A DNA stretch of 64,000 nucleotides. It comes from an uncultured delta proteobacterium. GTDB taxonomy: Bacteria > Myxococcota_A > UBA9160 > SMWR01. The DNA is taken from contig CAWHTE010000011.1 of assembly GCA_963832165.1 (NCBI GenBank), positions 800,001-864,000 on the forward strand, written 5' to 3'. The stretch's first letter is position 1, and each line of letters opens with the position of its first letter. Under the pieces are notes generated by a model, which did no database searches, was not told the origin of the DNA, and worked only from the letters and a program-made list of their open reading frames with translations. The position numbers and the translations under genes were made by a program. Positions 43,257 through 52,163 of the stretch are shown here, piece by piece.

Positions 43257-43482
43257 CCAGAACGCCGGAGGCCGCGTACGCTTGTCGCGCCCGCGGCCTC
43301 CGGTTGGCGTCTGGCCCGTTGGGATCAGTGGCGGATGCGACGACTCGTCTTCATCGGGAACGCGGCCGGAGTCGATCTCCGGGCATGCCCGCAGAGCGCA
43401 AGCTCCCAGCTTTCGAAACTGGGGTGGCGCCCGTGATCAGCAGAGTCGTTACCCACATCGCGCGCAGACCAATAACGCAGCC
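43257..43482. other. Highly structured intergenic region, candidate regulatory leader or ncRNA
   Basis: Perfect 12-bp stem 43265-43276/43292-43303; ACGACTC/GAGTCGT (43340/43449) encloses three small hairpins. Confidence 0.4.
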
Positions 43483-43512
43483 CTGTGGTGGTGCGCAATC
43501 GCGGGTCCTGGC

Positions 43513-44325
43513 TCAGGGGACCAGCGCCACGATCCGGAGCGGTCCGCCGCTGCCCTTGCCGATCTTCATCGGCAGCGCGATCACCGTGAAGCCGCGCGCG
43601 GGCAGCCGATCGAGCGCCGCGACGTTCTCGAACACGGGGATGTTCGCGTCGAGCAGGATCCGGTGCGCGAGGAAGGTGCTCGACGGACCCGCGTCGATGC
43701 TCGGCGTGTCGAGCCCGATCGCGTGGATCCGCCGCTGCGCGACGAGCCAGCGCGCCGCCTCCGGGTCGAGGCCCGGGAAGTGGAGGTTCCTGGTCGCGGC
43801 GGCGCCGCGCTGCGCCGTGCCGAGGTAGCGCTCGGGGTCGGGCCAGTAGGCGCCGTGTCCCGTGCGCAGCAGCACGATCGCTCCATCGGGGATCGGCCCG
43901 TGCTCGCGCTCCCAGTTCTGCAGGTCGGCGACCGAGACGAGGTAGTCGCGCGTGGCGGCCGCGTTGCGCTTGACGTCGACGAGGATCGCCGGGCCGATCA
44001 TGCGCTCGAGCGGAATCTCGTCGGCGGTCCAGCGATGCGCGGCGAAGTGGATCGGCGCGTCGAGGTGCGTGCCGCCGTGCTCGGCGGCGCAGAACGAGAA
44101 CGACTCGTAGTAGTAGCCACCCGGCTGCATGCCGATCGTGTCGGCGTTGTGCTCGAAGCGCTCCCCGGTCGGCCAGTAGACGGTCTGCTCATCGAACGTG
44201 TGGGTGAGGTCGACGATCGAGGCGCCCGAGAGATCCGGGACGGCAGCGCGTTCGGCCGGTGGCGCGGACGCGCAGCCACAGACGAGCAGCGCAACGGCGA
44301 AGAGTCGTTCGCGTTGATGGACCAT
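43513..44325 (-). CDS. Cyclase family (kynurenine formamidase-like) hydrolase, probable lipoprotein
   Basis: IVDLTH, HGGTHLDAPIHF, LLRTG, FPG, GLDTPSID, ENV, GSGGPLR; LLVCGC. Confidence 0.9.
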   Translation of the reverse strand: MVHQRERLFAVALLVCGCASAPPAERAAVPDLSGASIVDLTHTFDEQTVYWPTGERFEHNADTIGMQPGGYYYESFSFCAAEHGGTHLDAPIHFAAHRWTADEIPLERMIGPAILVDVKRNAAATRDYLVSVADLQNWEREHGPIPDGAIVLLRTGHGAYWPDPERYLGTAQRGAAATRNLHFPGLDPEAARWLVAQRRIHAIGLDTPSIDAGPSSTFLAHRILLDANIPVFENVAALDRLPARGFTVIALPMKIGKGSGGPLRIVALVP

Positions 44326-44374
44326 GAGCACCGATGCTAGCGGCGCGCAGCCCGCGTGCGTATCGTGGCCGGCC

Positions 44375-45916
44375 ATGCGCGGATTCTGGATCGCAGCGGA
44401 AGAAGAGCCGGATCGGCTCGCGCTGACCCTGCCCGACGGGCGCGAGATTCGCGCGGGCGAGCTCTCCGCGTCGGTGAATCGGCTCGTACACGGGCTGCGC
44501 GCGCGCGGCGTCGGCGAGGGCTCGGTGGTCGCGGTGTTGCAGCCCAACGGCGCGCCCGTCGTCGAGCTCCTGCTCGCGGCAATGCAGGCGGGTTGGCACT
44601 ACACGCCGATCAACGTGCATCTGCGGCCGGGTGAGGTCGCACACATCCTTCGCGATTCGCGAGCCGACGCGTTCTTCGGCCACGAGCGCTATGCCGACGT
44701 GTGCGCCGCGGGAGCGGACGAGGCCGAGCTGCCGCGCGCACGCCGCTTTGCCGTCGGCGACGTGCCGGATGCCGAGCCATTCGACGCCGTGATCGCGGGC
44801 CAACCCGACTCGCGCCCGGAGAAGCGCCTCGCGGGTCAGTTCATGCAGTACACGTCGGGCACCACGGGTCGGCCGAAGGCAGTCCGGCGCGCGATCCCCG
44901 CCTTCGATCCCGACCAGATGATCGCGATGCTCGCGCCGAACCTGCAGCGCTACGACATCGAGCCCGGCGGCGATCACGTACACCTGGTCACCTCGCCGAT
45001 GTATCACATGGCGCCGCTGTCGTTCGGCTACTTCTCGCTGCACTTCGAGCATCCCGTGGTGCTGATGGACGGCTGGGATGCCGAGCGCGCGCTCGCGCTG
45101 ATCGAACGGCACCGCGTCACGACGACGCACATGGTGCCCACGCAGTTCCAACGCCTCGTGCGCCTGCCCGCGGACGTGCGCGCCCGCTACGACGTCTCCT
45201 CGCTGCGCCACGTCATGCACGCGGCCGCGCCGTGCCCGATCGAGACGAAGCGCGCGATGCTCGCGTGGTGGGGGCCCGTGATCTACGAGTACTACGGCGC
45301 GACCGAGGGCGGCGGCACGATGGTGCGCGCGCACGATTGGCTCGCGCACCCGGGCACGGTCGGACGGCCGTGGCCCGGCGCCGATGTGAAGGTCTTCGAC
45401 GACGAGGGCCGCGAGTGCGGACCCGGAGAGATCGGCACGGTCTTCCTGAAGCTCTCGATGGAGTTCGAGTACAAGGACGACCCCGAGAAGACGCGCGCGA
45501 ACCGGCGCGGGAACTACTTCACCGTGGGCGACGTCGGCGAGCTCGATCGCGACGGCTATCTCTACCTGCGCGACCGCAAGATCGACATGATCATCAGCGG
45601 CGGTGTGAACGTGTATCCCGCCGAGATCGAGGCGGTGCTGCTCGGCCACCCCGACGTCGCGGATGCCGCGGTGTTCGGGATCCCGCACGACGATTGGGGC
45701 GAAGAGGTGAGGGCGGTGATCGAGCCGGCGGCGGGCGCGCGCGCGGGTCCCGAGCTCGAAGAGCGCCTGCTCGCGCACTGCAACGACCGGCTCGCGAAGT
45801 ACAAGTGCCCGCGCAAGGTGGAGTTTCGCGACGCGCTGCCGCGCGATCCCAACGGCAAGCTCTACAAGCGCCTGCTGCGCGACCCCTATTGGGAAGGGCG
45901 CGACCGGCGCATCTAA
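44375..45916 (+). CDS. Acyl-CoA synthetase (AMP-binding)
   Basis: YTSGTTGRPK, YYGATE, TVGD, DMIISGGVNVYP, GKLYK. Confidence 0.94.
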   Translation: MRGFWIAAEEEPDRLALTLPDGREIRAGELSASVNRLVHGLRARGVGEGSVVAVLQPNGAPVVELLLAAMQAGWHYTPINVHLRPGEVAHILRDSRADAFFGHERYADVCAAGADEAELPRARRFAVGDVPDAEPFDAVIAGQPDSRPEKRLAGQFMQYTSGTTGRPKAVRRAIPAFDPDQMIAMLAPNLQRYDIEPGGDHVHLVTSPMYHMAPLSFGYFSLHFEHPVVLMDGWDAERALALIERHRVTTTHMVPTQFQRLVRLPADVRARYDVSSLRHVMHAAAPCPIETKRAMLAWWGPVIYEYYGATEGGGTMVRAHDWLAHPGTVGRPWPGADVKVFDDEGRECGPGEIGTVFLKLSMEFEYKDDPEKTRANRRGNYFTVGDVGELDRDGYLYLRDRKIDMIISGGVNVYPAEIEAVLLGHPDVADAAVFGIPHDDWGEEVRAVIEPAAGARAGPELEERLLAHCNDRLAKYKCPRKVEFRDALPRDPNGKLYKRLLRDPYWEGRDRRI

Positions 45917-45979
45917 GCCACCCATTCTTCGCGAGATCGCACCCCGGCGAGATGCCTTCTATGGTAGGCTGGCGCCCAC

Positions 45980-45994
45980 CTGACGGACCGTCAG
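45980..45994. promoter_or_regulatory. Palindromic operator candidate
   Basis: CTGACGG-A-CCGTCAG just downstream of extended -10 TGgTAGGCT. Confidence 0.55.
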
Positions 45995-46024
45995 ATTCGG
46001 CCGACTGCGAAGGAGAACCCGTCG

Positions 46025-47209
46025 ATGCCCTTCGAGGATTTCGTCGTCTGCGACGCCGACATGCACGTGATGGAGCCCGCGGACCTGTGGCAGCGCTACA
46101 TGACGCCCGAGTACCGCCACGCCGCGCCGATCGGGATGACCGAGCTCAAGCGCGACATCCGCGTGAAGGTGAAATCGCAGGTGCTCTTGCGCGCGGGACC
46201 GGTAAGGCCGCTCAAGGAGCGCGGCGGCAGCGGGATCGGCTGGCGGCCCGATCAGGAAGCCGCGTACGGCGAGGCCGAGGCGCGCGGCTGGGACGCGCAG
46301 GCACAGATCGACGCGATGGACCGCGAGGGCGTCGATCTCACCGTGCTGTTTCCGACGCGCGGTCTGTTCGCGCTCGGACTCGACTCGACCGAGCAGATCG
46401 GCGCCGACGGCCTCGAGCCCGAGTTCGCCACGGCGATCGCGCGTGCGTACAACGACTGGCTGCACGACTACTGTCAGCTCGCGCCCGATCGGATCTACGG
46501 CGCAGCGATGGTCGCGCCGCACGACATCGCCGGCGCCGCCGACGAGACACGGCGCTGTGTCGAGGAGTATGGATTCAAGGCGATCTACCTGGCGCCGGGT
46601 TGCGTGAACCGCAGGCCGTGGCACGACCGCGCCTACGATCCGCTCTGGGCGGAGTGCCAGAAGCAGGGCATCGCGGTCGGCTTCCACGGCGGCGGCCGCA
46701 CGCTGCTCACACCCGACTTCAGCCTCGGCGACATCTTCGGCGACCGGCTCATGATGTGGCACACGTTCAACCAGCCGCTCGGTGTGATGGCGGCCGCGGT
46801 CAGCTTGATCGGCGGCGGTGTGCTCGAGCGCTTCCCGGAGCTGCGCATCGCGCTGCTCGAGGGCAACTGCTCGTGGGCGCCGTGGCTCATGCACCGGCTC
46901 GACGAGCACCACGAGTGGGTCGGTTGGTACGAGTCGCGCGACCTCACGAAGAAGCCGTCCGAGTACTTCCGCAGCAACTGCTTCGTCTCGGTCGAGGCCG
47001 ACGAGGAGACCGTCGTGCACTACCTCGACTGGTTCGGCGACGACAACCTCGTGTTCTCGACCGACTACCCGCACGGCGATTCGCAGTATCCGCACGCGGT
47101 CGAGACGTTCCGCAAGCTGCCGCTCTCCGAGGAGACGCAGCGCAAGGTCACGGGTGACAACTGGAGCCGCCTCTACGACATCCCGCTCGTGCGCAAGAGA
47201 CCGCGCTAG
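46025..47209 (+). CDS. Amidohydrolase_2 family protein
   Basis: DADMHVMEP, AYNDWL, YDPLW, GVLERFP, FSTDYPH. Confidence 0.92.
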   Translation: MPFEDFVVCDADMHVMEPADLWQRYMTPEYRHAAPIGMTELKRDIRVKVKSQVLLRAGPVRPLKERGGSGIGWRPDQEAAYGEAEARGWDAQAQIDAMDREGVDLTVLFPTRGLFALGLDSTEQIGADGLEPEFATAIARAYNDWLHDYCQLAPDRIYGAAMVAPHDIAGAADETRRCVEEYGFKAIYLAPGCVNRRPWHDRAYDPLWAECQKQGIAVGFHGGGRTLLTPDFSLGDIFGDRLMMWHTFNQPLGVMAAAVSLIGGGVLERFPELRIALLEGNCSWAPWLMHRLDEHHEWVGWYESRDLTKKPSEYFRSNCFVSVEADEETVVHYLDWFGDDNLVFSTDYPHGDSQYPHAVETFRKLPLSEETQRKVTGDNWSRLYDIPLVRKRPR

Positions 47210-47244
47210 CTGAATTCGCTGCATCTGATCTGGAGGCGTCGAAG

Positions 47245-50200
47245 ATGAAACCTGCGGTCCGGCGCTCTTGGAGGATTGGCCTGGCGCTGATCCCCGCGCT
47301 CGCATTTGCGGTGGGCGCGCCTGCGACGGCCCAGACGCCGCCGGAGGGACCCGGTGGCAGCGACGCGCTCGCGGGGGCCGAAGCTCCGGGCGTCGACGCC
47401 GTCGAGTGGGAGGCGCTGACACGCGGCTCCGCGACCTCGACGGCGGGCGAGGGCGGTCTGCAGGCGCTGCTCGAATCGGCGAACGTCGACCTGGTCGTCT
47501 TCTACAAGAACTCGAATCGCAGCAGCGCGGTCGACGAAGACGACGCCTATCACGTCTTCGCGCGCCGCTGCGGCGCGCGAAGCGTGCCCGCAGAGGACTG
47601 CGACCCCGCGCAGATCGTGTTCGATCACCTCGTCTACACGCGCACCGCGATCGGGAACGGCGGCTTCGCGTTCGACGTGGTGGCGCTCACGGCCGAGAAA
47701 CCGGTCGGGACCGTGCTCGCGATCGCGCCGGAGAATCCATTCGGTGCACCCGTGGCGGGCCCGGTGACGCTGGCCGACCGCGACGACCCGCGCCGCGATC
47801 CCAGGGCGCTTGCGACACTCTCCGACGAAGTCGTGGCCGCCACGCAATCAGTGTTCGAGAGCGAGCCCGCGACCGAGGCCGGCGTAGAGCGTTCCTTCAT
47901 TCCGCCCGAGCACACGACCTATCCCTATCCCTACGAGCGCCTCTCGGCCGTCTTCGACGACAGCGATGCACCCGACCTCTACTTCGTGCCGACGCCCTCG
48001 GGCGATCTCGCCGAGGAGCCGCCGCGCGGCGGGCATGGATCGCTCGACGTGACCCAGAGCCGCGCGACGTTGCTCGTCTCCGGGCGTGCCGCGCGCCGTA
48101 CCCCGCTCGATCCGGCCGAGGAGGCGGCGCTCGAGATCCGCCACGTCGACCTCGCACCCACGATCGCGAAGGTGCTCGGCATCCCGACGCACGCGGCCGC
48201 GCGGTATCTGAACGGCGGCGGTGCCGGCGACAATCCGACTGCACCCGAGGCGCGCCTGTTGCGCCAGGACGGCAAGCCGATCGACGCGCTGCTCGAGCCG
48301 CGCCTGAACGTATTCGTGGTGGTGATCGACGGGATGATTCCCGAGAACATCACCGCCTCCGAGACGCCGAATCTGTGCAACCTGATCGACTGTCCCGGCG
48401 CGATTGCGCCCGACGCGTCGGCACACACCACCGTGTATGGCGCAGCCCGCGCGGTGATGGTGTCGCAGACCAACTCGAACCACACCGCGATGATGACGGG
48501 CGCCTTCGCTTCGGTGAACGGAATCGTCGCGAACAGCGCCTACGACCGGACCGCGAACCAGGAAATCGCGCTCGATCGGCCGGAGCTGATCCGCGTGGAC
48601 ACGCTCTTCGACGTCCTGCGCCGCGAGAGGCCGGAGCTCAAGACGGCGGCCGTGCTCGGCAAGTCGAAGCTGCGCTCGCTGTTCGATTGCACCCAGACCG
48701 ACGGCGCGTGCGCCGTCGACGTCACGGCCAATCCCGAGGGCGTGGCCGTCACCCACGTGCGGCCCGATTTCCTGCGCGGCGCGCTCGATCTGCCCGAGGT
48801 CGGTCCGGGCGACTGCGCGGCCGAGCCCGCGAGCGGCTCGGGCGTTGCGCTCGACCACTGCATCATGGATCTCGTGATCGAGCTCTCGGCCACCGAGGAT
48901 CCGGACTTCACGTTCGTGAATCTCGGCAACGTCGACGCCATCCAGCACGCGACGGGGCCGAACTCCCCGGCTTCCGACGCCGCCGTGCTCGTGGCCGACG
49001 TCGAGATCGGTCGGCTCGTCCAGTATTTGAAGGAATCGGGCAAGTGGAAGCAGTCGGTGGTGATCGTGACCGCCGACCACTCCTTCTCCTGGCAGGGTCT
49101 CCCGCCGCTCGGCCGCGTGGATCTCGCGTCCGTGCTCGCGCCGTGCGCCGAGGCCGGCGAATCGTTCCAGGTCGTTTCGAACACCGGCGCGGCGCACATC
49201 TATCTTGGACAGCATCGAGGCGGGCACCAGTCCGCCGCTCACGGCGAGCCAGTACACCGCGCTCCAGTGCATGCGCGGCATTCTCACGGGCGCGTCTGCG
49301 CCGGACGGGATCTCCGAGGCGTCGTATCGCTTCGAGAACCCGCTCGATCCGGGCCACACGCTCGCAGCGACGCGGCCCGACTGGCACCTCGCAGATCAGC
49401 GCGCGGGCGACCTCGTGGTGACGGCGCTCGCGAGCGGCCCGACCGCGGGGCTCCTGGCGCCGACGGCACCCGGCTCGGGCCCGTTCGAGGTCGCGAGCGG
49501 GTCCGGCATCGCGCTCGCCTCGCCGCTGGAGGCCTCCGGCGTGATTCCGGGGGATCACGGACACCCGGGCGCGCGTCACGTCCCGTTCATCATCGCGAGC
49601 GGCGGCGATTTCGTGATCGACCAGGCGGTCGCGCCGAGCGGCACCGTGAACGAAGGCGACGACACGGCGGCGAATCCGGAGCAGCCCGAGGCCGTCGACG
49701 TGGCGCCGACGGTCGCGTGGATGTTCGGGCTGGATCCGGCGCTCGTGATGCCGGCCGCGCAGGGCCGCACGCTCGACGCCGCGTTCACCGTACGGCCGAT
49801 CGACGCCGTCGAGCCGCACGCGAACCGGGCGGTCGTGCTGATCTTCGACGGCAACAACAGCGTGCGCATCCACGATCTGATCGCGGACTGCGACGACGAG
49901 ATGTGCGGCTCGCCGGACAACCGCCCGATCGCAGGCGTTCGCTCGCTGCTGGTCCGCAGCACCGACGCGCGCAGCGACACGCCGGTCGGCACGCTGGCGA
50001 CGTTCGGGAGCATCAGCGCGCACCCGACCGTGACGTTCCCGAACCACAACGTGGTCGGGTCCGGCGCCTATCCCGGACACCACGGGATCGTCCAGAACCG
50101 CTACTACGAGCGCGACATCGAGACCGAGCGCGACCCGATCGACATGCAGGACCCGCGCAATCCGCTGTTCTTCTTCAGCTCGGAGCTGCTGCGCAGCGAC

Positions 50201-51372
50201 GTCGAGACGCTGCACGAGGCGGTGCATCGCGGATTCGGCAACTGGTCGCCGGTGCCCAATCCGAATTGCGATCCGCAGACGGAGGTCTGCGACGGTCCGA
50301 GCGGAGCGTTCACGGCGTCGGTCAACGAGCCTTCCGCGCGCGGCGCCGACTTCGCGTCGCTCGAGCTCGTGTCGAGCGAGAGCGTGCCCGCGCTGTTCGC
50401 AGTGCTCACGGCGAACGCCGCCGATTTCGCGACCGACACCGATCCCGACTGCGCGGGCCAGAATCCGCCCGGCTACGCCTCAGGAGTCGATCCTCGACCA
50501 CATCGGCCAGGCGCCAGGCGCGCGCGCTGTACGCGGAATCGAGCACCTCGAGCTTCGCGCGTCCGGCGGGCGTGGACCCGCTCCTGATCGACGAATCGCT
50601 CGGATCGATCCACCCCGACCCGAAGTACCTGATCGAGAACTTCACGCTCACCGACGGTGCCGGCCACGAGTACGGACCGCACGGCAACTGCGCGCGCCGC
50701 GCCTATCGCGACACCTCGAGCCGCGTGGCGCGACTGCTCGACGAGCTCGGCAATCACGGCCGCTTCCTGCCGACGGGCGAGCCCGCGCGTCTCGGAGAGA
50801 CGTTCATCCTGGTGACGGGCGACCACGGGATGGAGAACCAGGACCTGCGGCCCGGACGGCACGGGGGCTTCGACGTGACGCTCACCGAGGCGGACGTCGA
50901 GTACGTGCGCCAGGAGACCTTCCTCTACCTGCTCACGCTCGACGTCGCGATCGCGGGCGTACCCGAAGCCGGACTCGCGAGCGGCGTGCCCGCGAGCCTC
51001 ACGTTCACCGTCACCGACTCCGACCGGCGCGCCGATGGCAGCGCCACGCCGGTCGAAGGCGCGAACGTCACGGTGTCGTCCGACGCCGGAAGCATCGGCG
51101 GGCTCACGGATGCGAACGGAAAGATCACGCTCGGTTTCACGCCGATCGGCGAAGAGGTTCGCGTGGTCGTCGACCGCGATGCCAACACCGCATCGGGCGG
51201 CCGCACCCTCGGCTCCACGAGCCCGGATCCCTCGAGCCACGGTCTCGTCGCGAAAGCCGACTTCAACGACCGCGTGATCGTGCTGCCCGAGCCCAGTGGT
51301 GTCCTCGGCGTCGTGTTCGGCGCGGCCGTGCTCGGGATCGCGCGCCGCAGGTGCGTCGGCGGAGCGCGTTAG
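47245..51372 (+). CDS. Secreted multi-domain alkaline phosphatase/NPP-superfamily protein with PEP-CTERM-like tail; three apparent +1 indels (~49207, ~50480, ~50514)
   Basis: Signal ending APATA; GGHGS, VDLAPT, VVIDG, TNSNH, TADH; shifted frame gives GDHG, VDVAPT, LIFDG, TFPNH; then TDGAGH, TGDHG, LPEP+TM+RRR. Confidence 0.8.
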   Translation: MKPAVRRSWRIGLALIPALAFAVGAPATAQTPPEGPGGSDALAGAEAPGVDAVEWEALTRGSATSTAGEGGLQALLESANVDLVVFYKNSNRSSAVDEDDAYHVFARRCGARSVPAEDCDPAQIVFDHLVYTRTAIGNGGFAFDVVALTAEKPVGTVLAIAPENPFGAPVAGPVTLADRDDPRRDPRALATLSDEVVAATQSVFESEPATEAGVERSFIPPEHTTYPYPYERLSAVFDDSDAPDLYFVPTPSGDLAEEPPRGGHGSLDVTQSRATLLVSGRAARRTPLDPAEEAALEIRHVDLAPTIAKVLGIPTHAAARYLNGGGAGDNPTAPEARLLRQDGKPIDALLEPRLNVFVVVIDGMIPENITASETPNLCNLIDCPGAIAPDASAHTTVYGAARAVMVSQTNSNHTAMMTGAFASVNGIVANSAYDRTANQEIALDRPELIRVDTLFDVLRRERPELKTAAVLGKSKLRSLFDCTQTDGACAVDVTANPEGVAVTHVRPDFLRGALDLPEVGPGDCAAEPASGSGVALDHCIMDLVIELSATEDPDFTFVNLGNVDAIQHATGPNSPASDAAVLVADVEIGRLVQYLKESGKWKQSVVIVTADHSFSWQGLPPLGRVDLASVLAPCAEAGESFQVVSNTGAAHIYLGQHRGGHQSAAHGEPVHRAPVHARHSHGRVCAGRDLRGVVSLREPARSGPHARSDAARLAPRRSARGRPRGDGARERPDRGAPGADGTRLGPVRGRERVRHRARLAAGGLRRDSGGSRTPGRASRPVHHRERRRFRDRPGGRAERHRERRRRHGGESGAARGRRRGADGRVDVRAGSGARDAGRAGPHARRRVHRTADRRRRAAREPGGRADLRRQQQRAHPRSDRGLRRRDVRLAGQPPDRRRSLAAGPQHRRAQRHAGRHAGDVREHQRAPDRDVPEPQRGRVRRLSRTPRDRPEPLLRARHRDRARPDRHAGPAQSAVLLQLGAAAQRRRDAARGGASRIRQLVAGAQSELRSADGGLRRSERSVHGVGQRAFRARRRLRVARARVERERARAVRSAHGERRRFRDRHRSRLRGPESARLRLRSRSSTTSARRQARALYAESSTSSFARPAGVDPLLIDESLGSIHPDPKYLIENFTLTDGAGHEYGPHGNCARRAYRDTSSRVARLLDELGNHGRFLPTGEPARLGETFILVTGDHGMENQDLRPGRHGGFDVTLTEADVEYVRQETFLYLLTLDVAIAGVPEAGLASGVPASLTFTVTDSDRRADGSATPVEGANVTVSSDAGSIGGLTDANGKITLGFTPIGEEVRVVVDRDANTASGGRTLGSTSPDPSSHGLVAKADFNDRVIVLPEPSGVLGVVFGAAVLGIARRRCVGGAR

Positions 51373-51440
51373 GGCCCGCGCAGAATCTACAATCGCTGCG
51401 CTCGCCCGACTGCGGTCAGCGCCCCTGTTCGCACACCGCG

Positions 51441-51456
51441 CGGCACGAAACGTGCA
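51441..51456 (+). promoter_or_regulatory. Sigma54 -24/-12 promoter
   Basis: CGGCAC-GAAAC-GTGCA (GG-N10-GC), about 40 nt upstream of ATG 51496. Confidence 0.55.
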
Positions 51457-51495
51457 GCCTAGATCTCCATGTCCGCCGACGAGAAGGAGGCTGCC

Positions 51496-52026
51496 ATGAA
51501 GCCGGCTCGAATTCTCGGACACCATGTCCATCCGATGATCGTCGTCTTTCCGCTGGGGCTGCTCTCCGCCTCGCTGATCTTCGACGGCATCTACGTCCTC
51601 ACCGACTCGGTCGTGTTCGCCGAAACCGCCTACTGGAACATCCTCGCCGGCGTGATCGGCGGGCTCGCCGCGGCGGTGTTCGGTTTCTGGGACTGGCTCT
51701 CGATCCCCCCGAAGACGCGCGCGAAGCGGATCGGCCTGCTGCACGGCGTGATCAACGTATTCGTGGTCGCACTGTTCTCGGCGAGCTGGCTGATCCGGCG
51801 TGGCGAGCCGATCCACCACGTCCCGGAATCGTCGGCGATCGCGCTGTCGATCATCGCCGTCGTCTTCGCGGTGGTGAGTGGCTGGCTCGGCGGTGAGCTC
51901 GTGGAGAAGTTGGGGATCGGTGTCGCCCCGAATGCGGGGCCGAACGCTCCGAGCTCGTTGAGCAGCCGAGACGTTCCGGTGCGCCGCTCGGCACAGGGCG
52001 CGATGCGGCGCCGGACTTCACCGTAG
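51496..52026 (+). CDS. DUF2231 membrane protein
   Basis: GHHVHPMIVVFPLG, AAVFGFWDW, LHG..N, SGWLGGELV; SD AAGGAGG. Confidence 0.88.
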   Translation: MKPARILGHHVHPMIVVFPLGLLSASLIFDGIYVLTDSVVFAETAYWNILAGVIGGLAAAVFGFWDWLSIPPKTRAKRIGLLHGVINVFVVALFSASWLIRRGEPIHHVPESSAIALSIIAVVFAVVSGWLGGELVEKLGIGVAPNAGPNAPSSLSSRDVPVRRSAQGAMRRRTSP

Positions 52027-52033
52027 GTTCGAC

Positions 52034-52150
52034 ATGAGAGACCACCCGATCGCAATTCTCACCGCGGCGGCATTCGTCATTGCGAGTGGAGCGGTACTCG
52101 CGGCCAGTGCGCGCGACATCGCCCGCTACTTGCGGATTCGGCGGATGTAG
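52034..52150 (+). CDS. 38-aa small membrane protein, DUF6893-like (not in ORF track)
   Basis: MRDHPIAILTAAAFVIASGAVLAASARDIARYLRIRRM*; TM helix plus DxxRYLRIRRM C-terminus. Confidence 0.7.
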   Translation: MRDHPIAILTAAAFVIASGAVLAASARDIARYLRIRRM

Positions 52151-52163
52151 GTCGCGCGGCGAG

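Noticed and set aside
43300..43490. SRP RNA, 6S RNA, RNase P or hammerhead assignment
   Set aside because: Diagnostic conserved motifs not found by eye; kept only as an unassigned structure.
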